Source of the DNA: Albugo candida
Lineage: Eukaryota
Assembly: GCA_040437565.1 (NCBI GenBank)
Contig: JBDOQK010000018.1
Location: 248,001 to 311,981 of the forward strand
Direction: 5' to 3'
Length of the DNA: 63,981 nt
Each line of letters begins with the position of its first letter. Position 1 is the stretch's first letter. The notes below the pieces were generated by a model. The model saw nothing but the letters and a program-made list of their open reading frames with translations, made no database searches and was not told the DNA's origin. Of this stretch, positions 12,323-26,354 are shown piece by piece. Position numbers and translations under genes: made by a program.

Positions 12323-14639
12323 ATGAGATTCGCGACGATCGACCACATCATTCGGAAGAAATGGTATCTTTCTACTATCTGACCATTTTGGATGCTATTA
12401 CTGCGCTTTACAGGGATGCGGTGATAATTGGGGGAGGTCACAATGGACTGGTGGCAGCAGCTTATCTGGCTAAAGTCAGGATTTTTCTTAATTTGAACGT
12501 TACGAGTTTACTATGAGACGCAATGGTAGGCAGGCAAACAAGTTTGTGTTCTGGAAAAACGCCATGTTATCGGAGGAGCAGCGGTCACCGAAGAAATTTT
12601 TCCAGGATTCTTATTCTCGCGCGCTTCCTATGTCTTCAGTTTGTTCAGACCCGACATTATCGAATACCTTGAACTGAAGCGCCGTGGACTTCATATATAC
12701 TCACGCGATCCAGGGTCATTCACACCAACTCTCAATCAGAAATCTCTTCTTCTGTGGTCAGATATGGAAAAGACACAACAAAGCATAGGACAATTTTCCA
12801 AAGCAGATGCACTCATGTATCCAAAGTACATTAAGGATTTGGAGGTGTGCACCGTCTGAAATCGAGTTTTTGTTTCGACTTTGACAATCACAACTTTACA
12901 GTTTTTGGTGCAAAACTTCATCCCTATGCTAGACGAGGTTGAGTGGATTCATCTTGTCCTTTGTATCAGCTAATGATTTTATTATGGTTCCCAGATCCCA
13001 CCGGATGCTAGCGTTCTTTTCGACTCCGGTGCAACCGTGAGGTACTTCGCATAATGGTTCATGTCATCAATAATGATAAATGACAAAAGCTTACCTATTG
13101 AAGGAGACGATTGGAAGCCATTCGAGCCATCTGGAATCTTAGTTGCCATGTCCGGAAAATGAGAGGTGAAATTGGAACCTTTCTAGAGTTTTTGACCGCG
13201 CCTGCGACGAAAATTCTCAATCGATACTTTGAGTCCGAGATATTGAAAACGACTCTTGCAACGGATGCAACAATTGGAGCAGCGGTACTAAGAACGGGTA
13301 CCAACCTAGCTTCAGGCTGAGAAAATTCTCCATTTCCAGATCTCTCCTTCAACCCCCGGTTCGGCATATATTTTGTTCCATCATGTCATGGGTGAGGTCA
13401 ATGGTGTGAAAGGAGCTTGGGGTTATGTAAAAGGAGGTATGGGTCAAATATCAACAGTGATTGCTGAATCAGCACAAGAAGCTGGAGCGGAAATTGTGGT
13501 CAATGCTGATGCTCAACGCATAATGACCATGGAGGGCAAGGTTTCTGGTGTGTGTTTGAATGATGGAAGTGTCATTCATTGCGACTGCGTCCTCTCAAAT
13601 GCCGACCCTGGAAGCACAATGTTAGGTCTTATACAGGATCACGAGCTTCCCATCGACGTTCGTAGTCATTTTATGCGATCATGGCAATGTGAGCCAGCAT
13701 CCACAAAAGTGAGCTAATACTTCTATCCGAAAAGAGTCTCAACTAATTCAAATCAAATGGCGTAGATAAATGTGGCTCTCGACAGACTTCCGGACTTTAC
13801 GTGTCGACCAAACGGTAGTGAAGAAGTATCTCCTCTCCCGCACCATTCCGCCACAATACATTTTGAAGATACACTTCAACAAGTAAATTCATTCCACTAG
13901 AAAATCAACCACTGCTACTATTTCTCTAGCTTGAGGATGCCTTCATGGACTACAAGCGAGGTTCAGCTTCTTCTCGTCCGATTATCGAAATGGTGATACC
14001 ATCATCGGTTGATTCGAGCATTTCACCCCCAGGTCTCTCTTTGATTGAACCTTGGCAGAATAGCGTTTTCGACATTGTTCTGGAACAGGAAAGCATGTTG
14101 CTCTGCTTTTTGTGCAATACACGCCATACAAACCTCAAGTGAGTAATGCATACGTGGCCAGAGATCAACCTGCTCACGAAAAAGCGTACAGGAGGGCGCT
14201 TGGAATGCAAGTACTCGAGAGAACTTCGCACGGAAGGTGTTCAATGTCATTGATCAATACGCACCTGGGTTCTCTCAGTCAATTATAAATTACGAAATAT
14301 TGACGGTATGTAGATATCTGTTCCTGCAGCAATACAGAAGGTAATGCATGGCGCAGCCACCAGATCTAGAAGAAGTCTTCTCTTTGCCGAGAGGCAACAT
14401 TTTTCATGGTTCGATGGGCTTGGATCAGGTACGTGCTTTCATTCTTCGACGACACAAAATGTCACACTGATTCGATTCTAAACAAGCTCTTCTGGCTACG
14501 ACCTATGAAAGGAATGTCTGACTACCGAACATGTATTCGAGGCTTGTACCTTTGCTCAGCTGGCACTCATCCAGGAGGTGGAGTGATGGGGGCTTGCGGT
14601 CGTAATGCCGCTATGGTGTGCCTGAGAGATATGTGCTGA
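12323..14639 (+). CDS. PYROXD2: Pyridine nucleotide-disulfide oxidoreductase domain protein 2 / phytoene desaturase-like FAD oxidoreductase (many short introns)
   Basis: Spliced start [34 protein letters not shown] (Rossmann GxGxxG); [39 protein letters not shown]-terminal [24 protein letters not shown]. Confidence 0.93.
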
Positions 14640-14771
14640 TTCTTTGACGTGTGAATCGATTTATTGGACGCCATTGAGTCTATATAACATTGAGAGCTGC
14701 ATGATTGTGCGCATTACCATTCAACTTGCTTAAATGTACAGTCTATTTTTTATCCATCCTAATTGACACCA

Positions 14772-17359
14772 TTACATCTCACTTGATAAAGCTTGGACCT
14801 GAACACTTCTGCGACCAGTAAACGCTGAATCTAGTATGTCGTCTTCGTCCACCAGGAACGAGTTTGTTGTATCACTGACATAACTAAATTTGCCAAAGTC
14901 GTTATCGCTTGTCGCATTGGTAGTATTGCGTCGCGCACGAGCCGTTCGTGTGCTTTTCCAGCTTAGAAACATGTTGAAAATATTGCCACTTGAATCTGCA
15001 CGAGACGCAAGATATTTATCGAAATTCATAGATGCAGATCGAGATCGTTCATGCTCTAAAGAGACTGGAGTTGGTACCCAAGGCGGCTGAATTTTCTTCT
15101 TCAAAATCCAGTCCCACTTGATATCTCGGAAAAAAGGATGGGTCAAAATTTCACTAGTTTGACGTGCTCCAAGCCTTTTCGTCGGGTCCTTTTCCAGCAA
15201 ACCCATAATGAGATCGCGTGCGTCAGAAGGCATGGTGCATTTGGTCGGAAATTTGACAGGGTCCTTCTCAATGAGTTTGTACAAAACCGACACATTCAAA
15301 TGATGAAATGGTCGTTTTGCAAGCAACATTTCATAGATTAAGATTCCCAGACACCACCAGTCGACAGCTTTTCCATAGTCTCGAGTTCGCTTTGGTTTCA
15401 GTAACTCTGGAGCTGTATACGCGGGAGACCCTGCCATCGTTCGAGCTCCGGTCAATAGACTCACGCTTGTCTTAGATAGCCCAAAATCGACCAATGCAAT
15501 GTTGCCAAACTCATCCAGCATTATGTTATCTGGCTTCAAATCACTGTGACATCAAGCAGCATATGTTAGCTACATACAGAAGTGATTTTGAAAAGAGGAC
15601 TGACCGATAGACAATATCACAAGCGTGTAAATGACACAGAGCTAACACAATTTGCGCTGCGTAAAATCGAACGCGTGAAAGTTCCAAAGGTATTTTAATA
15701 CGATGTTCCTTGTTGTTTGAGAATCGATTCATGTGCGTGTACAAGCTTCCACCTGGATAATACTCCATCCCCAAAAATACTCTTGAATTGCTCTGAAACG
15801 CGAATCTGTAGTGAGAAGTGTATTCGATCAGATCCGTGCGGTTGTAGACAGAAGGAGAGACTGATACCTTAATGGAGCAATAAACGGATGATGAACGTCA
15901 CGTAATATCCGCATTTCCGTTTTCGTTCTCAATTTGTCATAAGAGGACATGGAATCTTTTTCCAATACCTTTACTGCGAATATTTGTCCAGTATTCTTGC
16001 GTGCAGCAAGTACAACGGTTCCGAAAGTTCCTTTTCCTAAAACTCGGTTGACGTGAAAATGTTGGATAGAGAGAGAAAGCACTCTTTTAGATGCCGAAGC
16101 TTGTTGTTGTCGATCCAATTTTGGGGCTTTTTTCACAGAGTCAACGACTTTGAAAGCATTGAAATCCACTTCAATTTGCATAAACATACTAACCACTCGA
16201 CCACCAGGGCTGATTTCTATCTCATCACGTGTGTTGAAAACAAACTCACGACGAAGAGTTTTGTTCCAAATCCGTCCTGACGCGATCACTTGTAATGTAT
16301 TAGGCTGTTTCGTAGTTAAACACCGGCTCACTGTGAAATTTCTGAATTGTACATGTTTGTAGAGACCCAGCACAACGTCCACAATTCCTTCCCGACCATG
16401 AAACACACATGATGGTAGAAATTCGCACGGATATCGCAAAGTTAAAACAATATCTGTAGAGCATAACGGGAATAGGGCCAAAAAGCCATTGGAGGAAGTA
16501 ACATCCGCATACAAAGTACTCCAGCATGCGTAGAACTGCTTTGTGACGTTCATATTTCTTGTTTTCAGGTCACCAGAGCTACGCACTGTCTGAGCCAATA
16601 AAGAACCACTCGTAAGCTATGAATAAAAGAATTTGTGACTGTCTACTCATTAATGAAAACGTAAGGAGCTCTTACTGAAGTTTTCTGTCCAGTTGAGTTT
16701 GCTACGGCTTGACTAATCATGCGTATCCAAAGATCTGACTCGATAGTACTGGACGTTTGTATGGAAAACACTTTATTGACCGTCGTGCTGACCAAGACCC
16801 CATTGGTTCGACTTTCGTCTCGTTCAGCACCGGTCACTGTCACCCGACCTCGATAACGCTCTGTGTCGGCCATTGCAATTTCTTTGGAGGAGTAATCTAC
16901 ACAACAATCGCGTGTGAGCTGTGTTATAACTGATTCAAGATGAACTACGTTACATGAGAAGCATGTTCCAGATAAGACTGCGTAGCGATAGCGCCAAGAG
17001 CGCACAACATGGCCCTGTTTCCATATGTATCCTTCCCAATCTGTCTCGAATAGATCTTCAAACGTGTGACTGACTTCGGGAGAAACACTGATACGTTGAC
17101 CCATGTTTGGTATCAAGCCTGTGTCCGTGCCAGTTTCGAGAGAATAGCTGTCACCCATGCTATCTCGATCTTTAGTGAACATTGTCGAGCTCGTACGTGA
17201 TACAAAGGCTGCGTTGTACAATCCTGAAGCATTACTACAGCTATTCATACTATGCTTTTGAGAAATTTGACGCTCTCGCTCCCGTTCACCCATTGCTACT
17301 GCATCTGCATCGGAAAATAAAGTGATCCCTTGCGATTTTTTCCGGTGGCGTTCTGGCAT
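14772..17359 (-). CDS. AGC-family Ser/Thr kinase with N-terminal PH domain and central SnoaL/NTF2-like domain
   Basis: PH: WEGYIWKQGHVVRSWRYRYAVL...WIRMISQA, with an in-frame 57-nt intron at 16897-16953. Kinase: GKGTFG, AVKVLEK, YR|DLKPDN, DFG, APE, DWWCLG, HPFF..IKW..PPWVP and the AGC hydrophobic motif FGKFSY. First ATG at 17359. Confidence 0.92.
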
Positions 17360-18299
17360 AGCGCTTGTTATGGACACTTATCACGATAACTCTGAACTAC
17401 CGCGTGGTGTACGATTAGCACCAGAAGAGTAGTACAGAGGCGACGCGGCAAAGAGTTATCGAGAAGTCTAAGAGACTGGCGAAATGGAAAATAAAGAGAC
17501 TGCTTGAGACAAACATAACGTCCTCTCTAAAACATAAATTTAGAACTCTCGACTCATAAAAAGACGGTCCAGACCCTATCACAGTGATGCCTATCAATAC
17601 GATCATTTATTTTCTCTGCGTATGCGAAGGGTTAGGCAGAGTTCGATTTTGTCATCTGCGGACTGGGTAGTATCACTAAACGAAACGATCTGATCACTAA
17701 TTCCAATTTTATGTATTGTAAAAGTGGGACTATCCTCGCGCCGTATGTGACAGAGTTTGGATTCTGTAAGGAGTGCGTCTATTACAGAGGCTTGACGCTC
17801 AATTACAAGTCAATAGGTTTATCTTTAAAGCCATACATTACGTAGTCACTATGATCGATGGGTGTTTTGTGTCTGCTGTAGTCAGTATCTATATGTATGA
17901 CATTGATGTGCAGCACTGATGTACGCGAGGAAGCATCGTTTGAAGATCTACTCACTCAGCATACACTTCGGGCGTGAACATACACTATTTATATATATAC
18001 TTGGTCAGCTCTTGCAAACATTTATCGGTTTTGCTCCCAAATACTCACAAGTGAAGGCTATGTCAATCTGGTATTATGTCCATTTCAGAGTGGACAGGTG
18101 GAGATTGATTCGGCCTTATGATTGCTCGTTGACTCGTTGAACAGCAGGATGTATTTTACTCACGTTGACCTCCAGAATTTTGTCAGAGACGATTGACAGG
18201 ACTTTACATCAATCAACACTCATGCAAATTGCTCATAGAACCCGATTCTACGAATTCTACTAAAATATGAACTGAAACAAAAGGAGCATATTTCAAACA

Positions 18300-19137
18300 T
18301 TAAAAGATATCGTTCCAAATGTCAATTTCATCATCATCTTTCTTCTCAATAACCTCTTCCAGCTCCTCTTCATCATCTTCAAGTACTTCTGGTAATGCTT
18401 GAATACGTCGGCCCTTGATATTGGCCAGCAAAGTCCCTGCAGGCACTGCAGGTACAATACCATCGGGAAAAGAGATTGTTTCCAGGAAGAACTTTGAGTC
18501 AACGTCTAGACCATTGACATCGATTTCCAGGGTTTTCGGGACTTGATCTGTATTTACGTAACATTCTACTTCGTGGCAAATGTGATTGATGTAGCCTCCA
18601 CGTTTCAAACCTGGACTACCTTCCTCATTTATGTAAGTAATCGGGATGGAAACTTTCCTGCCATGTTTGTACCGAATGAAGTTCACCGTTAGTGGAAGAT
18701 CTGTGACTACATTAGCAATGAGCTAAATCAAAACAGTTGATATCGCGATGTACGATCTATTGCGAACCTGGATGAAACTGTACATCACGCATAATCGCCA
18801 AGACAGGAGGCTGATCTTCAACTTGCACTTTGAAAACCTGGTTATCAATGGATGTCCATAATTTGCGATGCAATCGATCGAACAAAGTCTTCTTTAAAGA
18901 GATCAGCACCTTGTTATCATCACCATCCATTCCTTCTCCATAAAGGATACCAGGTAGCATGCCCTTTTGACGTAATTTACGAGATGCACGTGACCCATCC
19001 TGTGTACGGATATCAAGTGGGAGAACAAGCGTTTTGGTGATATCTTTTGCGGCTTCTTGATGAAACGGTGCAACAAAACGTGCAAACCTGTGGAAATAAT
19101 CAAGACAAACTCTTCGCTGTCTATGGTTGGCTAACAT
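18300..19137 (-). CDS. rplY: Ribosomal protein bL25/CTC (long form), probably mitochondrion-targeted; 2 exons
   Basis: GSRASRKLRQKGMLPGILYG and RDVQFHP|VTDLPLTVNF (intron 18707-18767), then SPGLKRGG, VPKTLEIDVNGL and an acidic tail. The N-terminal extension is Arg-rich. Confidence 0.88.
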
Positions 19138-19239
19138 TTTAATGTCGCCGATACATAAATCGATATTTTACAGAATGATAAGAGAAAGCGCAAAATAAAT
19201 GAGCTTACAACATGTATATTTCATAAGTGGCCTCAATTT

Positions 19240-22156
19240 TTATATCAATGTGAACTGCTCATACAGCAGCGAACGAATGCGATAGTAACTTGCTGATAGT
19301 ACACCTTCGACAATGATTTCGTTATTGAGCGCTCGTTTCAGAACGACACCGTCGTTGCAAATAAGCATTCCGCTTCGAAATTTCGCATCAAAACCTGCTC
19401 TACCAAGTACTTGCTTCATTATATCCAGTTTTAATTTACCATCACTCAGTAACAAAGGCTTATGCTCTGTTTTGGTGGAATCTGATCGCAGCTGAAGCAT
19501 TGGGATGCTGCTTGTTGCTGAAATTGACACTTGACCGGTCACATAAGCTACGTCATGGTTGCCAACCTACAAACAGAAAAAACCGTATTCAGAATCGTAA
19601 AGTATTTCTCACAAATCAATATCTTCACTTTGTGGAACTTCATCGCGGTGTATAGAGATTCTTTCAGCGCCAGTTTGTAGATACTTGTATCTGACTCAAT
19701 ATCGATGCATTCCATAGCTTTAGGCGTGAATATCTGTGAATAAAGATTAGTCGAGTGTTCCCAAAATCAATCATGCTGCGTCCAGCAAGACTACCGCTTC
19801 ACACAGAGTGATTGTGTTTTCCACAAAGTGTTTTAGATCGGCCGTCGTCTGCTCGGTTCCATGAACGAGAATGAGCTTCCGAGGCTTCACATTGCTCAAG
19901 CAGTTTCGGATCGCTCGTCCATCTGCTATCCCATCAAAGTCAACCCACAATATTCGAGCATTGACCTACGTTGATTTGTCCGTGTCAAATTTTTATAAGA
20001 AGTAAAGTACATTGAATAGACTTGCCGTGACTTGAAGATGCTCCACAACCGTTTTCATCGGTCGGGAATCTACCATTGTATCTTGATCATCAACCATAGT
20101 CGTGTCAGGATCGACATCTTCCAAGCCAGGAATCGCCTTTCGAACCAAAAGATTTGTTGTCAATGAAGTGTCTCTAAAATCTTCGGGTCGAATAATCTGA
20201 ATCGTACAGCGGCTCAGCAGTGTATTGATTAAGACTTTCTAATGTGAATTCGGTGATCGGTACCTCGCCATACTCGTCCCACTCCACTTTCGGTTCGGTG
20301 GAGAAAAACATCGGGTAGCGAATAGATGCAATTTGGCCAAGTCCAGCTTTGAATGTCCCACGTAATTGCGCTATATATTAACAGACATGTCGAAATGTGT
20401 TTCCCCGAAAAAAATCAAAGGCTTACTGCTCGGTTCATCTTCTGCATCCGATTCATATTCTTCAATACCCATCATCATGTCTTCCATTGCTGCATCCTCC
20501 ATTTCTTTTGCCTTTTGCTCCGCCTCCAGCCGAAGTCTCCTTCGTTCTTTCGCTTCAAATAGTGCTAATTCAGTCCCTTCTAGTAGAACTCGCTTGGCAA
20601 TCTACAGGTCTGTTCCGTTACCATACTGAAGTCATGGTACCAACAATACTTACAGAACATGTAACGACACGTGAATTGTTCTGCTTGTTCATGTCGAGTA
20701 CTCGTGCACCAAAGGAACGTGGTGGTGGAGTTGTGGTGAAAATAATCGAGTTCCGGACGTCCGCAGCATATTTAATAAAAGTTTCCTTGGCATAACCACA
20801 TTCCAAGCTTGCAGAAGTGGCGAGTACAACCTGACAAATGTGACAAGACATTACATACCGAATTAGAATCTTCTTAAGCGAAAAAAGGTTGGTGTTCACC
20901 TTTGGACTACTAAGATTTTCGAGTTCTTCGACACTATGTATCAGATGAATATGGCTACGTATATATCAAACATAGTTGAGTTCCATAGCTGAGTCTTTGC
21001 CTGTAAGACTCACGAGAATTGGAAAGGGTTTTGCCGGCCCGCATCAAAGTTTCTTGCAATTTGTTCGTTACACCATTCTAGCATAGCTTCTGCGGCTTTA
21101 GGTGTGTAGTAGCTCATATCATGTAGCAATGCGATCGGATCTCGTAAACTTGAAGCTTGCCAATGAGCATCAAACATGAGTGACTATTTGGGGAGTTCGT
21201 ACTTATTTTGTATCCAGTATTGATCCAGCACTCGCATCAGCTCCAATACGCGTCCCGCGCTGTCGGTTGGCATAAGAACGTTACCGCCTGATCGAAGTGT
21301 CTTCAGTATCTCGACCATAATCTGATCCAGGAAGTTAAAGATTGATGACAAGGGAAGCTTCAAGTAAAGCAAAATAAAAACCTTGCTATCTCGATCTTTG
21401 AGCTTCGGTTGCTTTGTGTGCAAACTCATCGAATCCGTTATCAGTAAGGTCGGCCTCCTACAAAAATATTGAAATACGTTGATGCGCGAGATATCATCAC
21501 ATCGATCTTACGTGAATGAGCTCAAAACTGCTTTTGGTAGAACATGCTCGGAACGATGATTATAATCAACGGCATATATAATCTCATCCTACAAAAATTT
21601 CACAATGAGAACCATCATGCGAGACATCAAAAATCTTTGCTGCTGCATAGCCAACCGTTTCTTTCATTATTCTCCACATTGAACCTCCAATCAAATGACC
21701 TGAAGCATGCGGTGTAATCACTATTCCTTCCCCAGAGCTCGTGAGCGTCAACTTCTCTGAATATTTTAGCTGCTTAAAGTTTTCAAAAACAGCATCGACG
21801 TGATCCAAATTGTACAAGTCGAAATCACCATCACTTTTGACGATTGCTTGGTGCGCTTCATACAGAGTTATCTGCCCCAAGCGGTGCACAGGAAGTGTTC
21901 CATAAATTGGTGCTTTCAAATTCAGCTTGCCGATAGCATAAGGAAGTGCACCAATGTGTGCCATATCAGGATGCGAAATTAAGACAAGATCAATCCTATC
22001 AGCGACTTTTTGCAAGGGCTTCAAGAGTTCTGTATCATACTGATCAGTCCAGCCACAATCGAGTAAAATACAAACTTCATCGATTTCAAGTAAGTAGGCA
22101 CAACATGGATCCCGAGAACACACTCCATAAAGCGGCGTGAATGTGATGACAGCCAT
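19240..22156 (-). CDS. CPSF2: Cleavage and polyadenylation specificity factor subunit 2 (CPSF100), multi-exon
   Basis: ILLDCGW, LISHPDMAHIGALPY, QLKYS, SGHLIGGSMWRI, GGNVLMPTDSAGRVLEL, beta-CASP region and C-terminal EGVLSASYYRIRSLLYEQF. Confidence 0.95.
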
Positions 22157-23617
22157 TGACTGTGATTTTGAACCAATCCGAACTAATTCTATTGTATATC
22201 AAAAATTGTAGACGTCAACAACAGCATATTGTGCAGATTTAGCTGTCTTTTAGCAATGTAGCGTTTTATTCAGAAATATTTGACAGATAATGGGTAAGAT
22301 TCTGTGTAGCTGGATGAAACACATCAACGCATAATTAGAAGTTGAGGTCTGGTCCCTCGATGTTGATCCCACTTTGTGTCGAAATAAATTGAGAAGTGAT
22401 CCTAGAGATTAATGACGTTGTCGCTGGCCACGTCCGTGTAGAACATCGATCCTTATTATTACTTGAACAGTAAATAGTCTGACTGCTTTGTCACATGATT
22501 TAAGGCTACCGGCGCTCAGTTATGCTTACTGATAGATGGAGTAATGTCATGTTTCACGTCGATGCTTTTTTCCAGAAGAAAGCTGAACTTACTCATGACT
22601 CAAATGGATCATACTGAATGGTTTTATGGTTACTATGGTCAAGTAGTGATGGAGAGCAACCTTGACAGTAGATTTAAATGCTGCTTCGATGATTCTATCA
22701 ACGATTAATCCTTGTACACATTTCTCTCGGGCTCCTAATAAGTTCGTTGCTAGCATCATAAATGTTAAGGTTCGGGACGCAGTGCTTGCACAAAGTTTCT
22801 CACAACCAAACCTGATTCTTCAGCTTCAAAAGTCATCCACCCTATTCGTTATTATCCTTCCATTAGAGCTGATCATGATGCGATAGTGTCAATATCACGA
22901 TACATGCAATAAAACCGCGTCGCGTTCTCGATAGCAATGCATCACGACATGATAGTTTCTGCCCGAACATCATTGCAATTCGTATGTCAAAGCCTTATGG
23001 CGTGATAAGCTATAATCATCCATAGGCTCCCCCTATATGTGCCTTTGTGCCCTTCATAATTCCTCTCGAATACCACCATCAAAATATCTGCCCCTCTTAC
23101 TTCGGAAATCCTTGCCATAAACACACATCGATGAATATTCCCATTGGGTCAATGCATATATTTCTCACACGATGCTTACGGCTGCGCGAAAACGTGCTAT
23201 CTACAAAAATGAGACATGATGCAGTCATACTTACATTATTTATTATAATGCTCTGATTTCGACCCTTCGGACCGTATCTTCTGTCAGTCTCATTTACACC
23301 TGATGCAATGATGTCCACGGCTACCGTAACCATGTCAGGATCTGAAAAGCAGGTCTCAGAAGCTGAAATGCAAATATCATCCATCAAAATGCACAGAAAG
23401 AATGCTCGTTCCTTTGTCAATTGGCAGCAACTGCGACCACCAAACGAGGCTAAANNNNNNNNNNNNNNNNNNNNNNNNNNNNNNNNNNNNNNNNNNNNNN
23501 NNNNNNNNNNNNNNNNNNNNNNNNNNNNNNNNNNNNNNNNNNNNNNNNNNNNNNATAATGCTCTGATTTCGACCCTTCGGACCGTATCTTCTGTCAGTCT
23601 CATTTACACCTGATGCA

Positions 23618-26354
23618 ATGATGTCCACGGCTACCGTAACCATGTCAGGATCTGAAAAGCAGGTCTCAGAAGCTGAAATGCAAATATCATCCATCAAAAT
23701 GCACAGAAAGAATGCTCGTTCCTTTGTCAATTGGCAGCAACTGCGACCACCAAACGAGGCTAAAGTCATCGAAAAAGTCCTATTTGTCTTGGTGATTTCC
23801 GTGTACACAAAAACTCTGTATCCATCCATTCCTGGAGGAGATAGTGGTGAACTGGTAGCGGAATCTTGCCACCTCGGTGTTGCTCATCCTCCTGGTTATC
23901 CGCTATACCTTCTTATTCATCATGCTTGTTTCCAATGCATGCGTTTTCTTACGAGTCTATCTTCCATCGCAAATGTACATCCTGCAGTTGTTGCAAATTT
24001 CGTATCTGCCCTGTGTGATACCTTTACGAGTATCTTTCTATTCCGTTCTATTTTACTCTGGATCTCCTGGCCTCGATATGATTCAAAGCAATTGCCATTG
24101 TACGCACCGATAGCGGCATCAATCGCTGCGGTAAGCGTTCGTCAATATATGTTTTGACTCCGTGACGATACGAGTTCTAATTGTAGGGTCTATTTGCATT
24201 TTCTCCTCTTGTTTGGACATACGCAGTAGGTGCAGAGGTATTTGCACTGAACAACTTGCTCGCTACTGCGTTATTACACACTCTGGTTCGATATGGCTGC
24301 GCTCCAAGGTTCAGCACCGCTCTCAGTGGGGCATTTATTAGTGGTATAGCGCTTTGTAATCAGCACACGATCATATTGATGGAGCTTCCGATCATGCTCT
24401 GGGTCTTACGGCATCGTTTTGGAGTGCTCCTGAAGAGGAAAAAGATAGAGTCATTCCTTAATGATTTTCTCAGTCTCGCTGTCGCATTCTTTGCGGGAAT
24501 CAGTCTGTACGTAGTACTTTGCAGCTCTTGATTGTAGCAAGTAATTGATCATTGATCATAGATACTTGTACTTACCCATCACTGCCACATGGAATCCTCA
24601 ACCTGGGTCGTGGGGGCATGTTTCATCACTAGCTGGATTCTGGCATCATTTACGACGCGGTGATTATGGTACCTTTCGGCTTTTCTCAAGTCTGGAAGCA
24701 ACAGAAGGTGTTTGGGAGCGGATTCAATTGTACTTTTGCGATTTACACCTGAATCAAGGCCTTTACGTCTTGATTCCTCTGGCGCTTATCGGGACCATTA
24801 GTTCTTTGTACATTCCGCGTTTGCAAACCAACATGAGTTTCCAAACAAAAGCGCACAAATCAGTCATTTCTGGGCTCATAATGAAGCGAGATGTTGCTAT
24901 ATTGATCGTTGTATCATACATATTCTATATTGTGGGGTTTCATGCTCTGTCCAATTTACCCTTAAGCCAAGGTCTCACATACGGCGTTCATATGAGATTT
25001 TGGCAGCAGCCAAACATCCTTGTTTTCTTTTTTATGGGCGAAGGTCTTTGGAGGATTCTCAACAGCATTGACCGCGCCACTCAGCTTGCAAATATCGTGT
25101 CTCTTGGATGCACTGCAATAGTTTTACTTCAATTATATCGATGGTATTTTCTTATGGATCAGAGCGAGTCCTGGTACGTGAAGTGGTACGCACGAGCACT
25201 TTTGGATCCACTTCCTCGTCGGGCGATTTTGATCGTGAATTACGATCTGCAGTGGACATCGCTGCGATACTTGCAGGAATGTGAGATGATACGGGGAGAT
25301 GTGACGCTTTTAAATCTTTCTATGATGACATATTCGTGGTTTTATCATAAACGGTCTCAGTACCCTTCTTTGATATTCCCAGGAGCCCGGTTGTCGCTAG
25401 ATCCGGTGCGTTTTCGATAATCTTCATCTGGAGATAACAATTTGTAATCCATATAGGGCAAAGGATTCACATTCTCATCATTTTTGGATGCGAATTTGGT
25501 CACTAATGTGGCGAAGAATAATACAAGAATATTTTTCAGCGGAAGGCTAAGTCCGTATGACCGTGATATCACTGAGAAATACCAACTTGTTCCATACGGT
25601 ATGGTTGATGAGGTACGCATTTCGGTGTGAGTTCGTAGAACTATTGTAATGCGGGAGATCGCTAGATCATCGTCAAAACTTCGGCGTACAAGAATTCTCT
25701 TCATCGATGGTATCGCCAGCAACGAAAAGTACGTCGCATCATGCACAAGCGTTTGACAGCATTACCGTCCACACCCAAGCATGATGATAAAACGTGGGAG
25801 TGGACTATTGTGAGTACGATCGAGAGAAAAGCTTCTAGAGACTCAGATGCTGATCTACGTAGGCCCGAGATTACCGGATGCGTGAGATACAATATGCAAC
25901 CTATTTGCTGGAGCAAACTATTGCTGTTGATCCACAAAACCTTCGTTTCTTATGTGAAGCAACCTATGCATTGGAATATTCGTACTTGTTCGAGCCAAAA
26001 ACATTCTGGAATCCGTTATCGACACTGAAAAATCTAGGACTCGGATACGCGCACATTGTGAGAGCAAATAGCACATTTGACGAGTTTGAAGTCGGTAAGG
26101 AATCCTGGCAGTGGCCAAAACCTGGATTTTGGCGGGCAGAATGGATCCGTATGAATCAACCACAGGACCCCTTTGCGGGGAACCCACACGTACTCAGCCA
26201 TGGACGACAAAGAAGTAACAAGGCATCTCCAGAAGTGTGGAAAGATTGTGCCGCTCGCCGTATGCTACAAATATGGGGAGAGTGGCTCAAATTGGATAGG
26301 GCCGATTCGGATTCCGGGTATAATACTATCAAAAGCTTGGTTTCGAGATTTTGA
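23618..26354 (+). CDS. TMEM260: TMEM260/DUF2723 family multi-pass glycosyltransferase (protein O-mannosyltransferase-like), multi-exon
   Basis: [69 protein letters not shown]. The first 210 bp are duplicated across the gap at 23455-23554. Confidence 0.92.

Noticed and set aside
23245-23764. Apparent tandem duplication of the TMEM260 5' end (similar cases at 126-359, 7480-7898, 27053-27228, 39039-39410, 43648-44440, 58392-58744)
   Set aside because: The copies are identical and sit exactly either side of 100-N gaps, so they are unmerged contig overlaps rather than biology.
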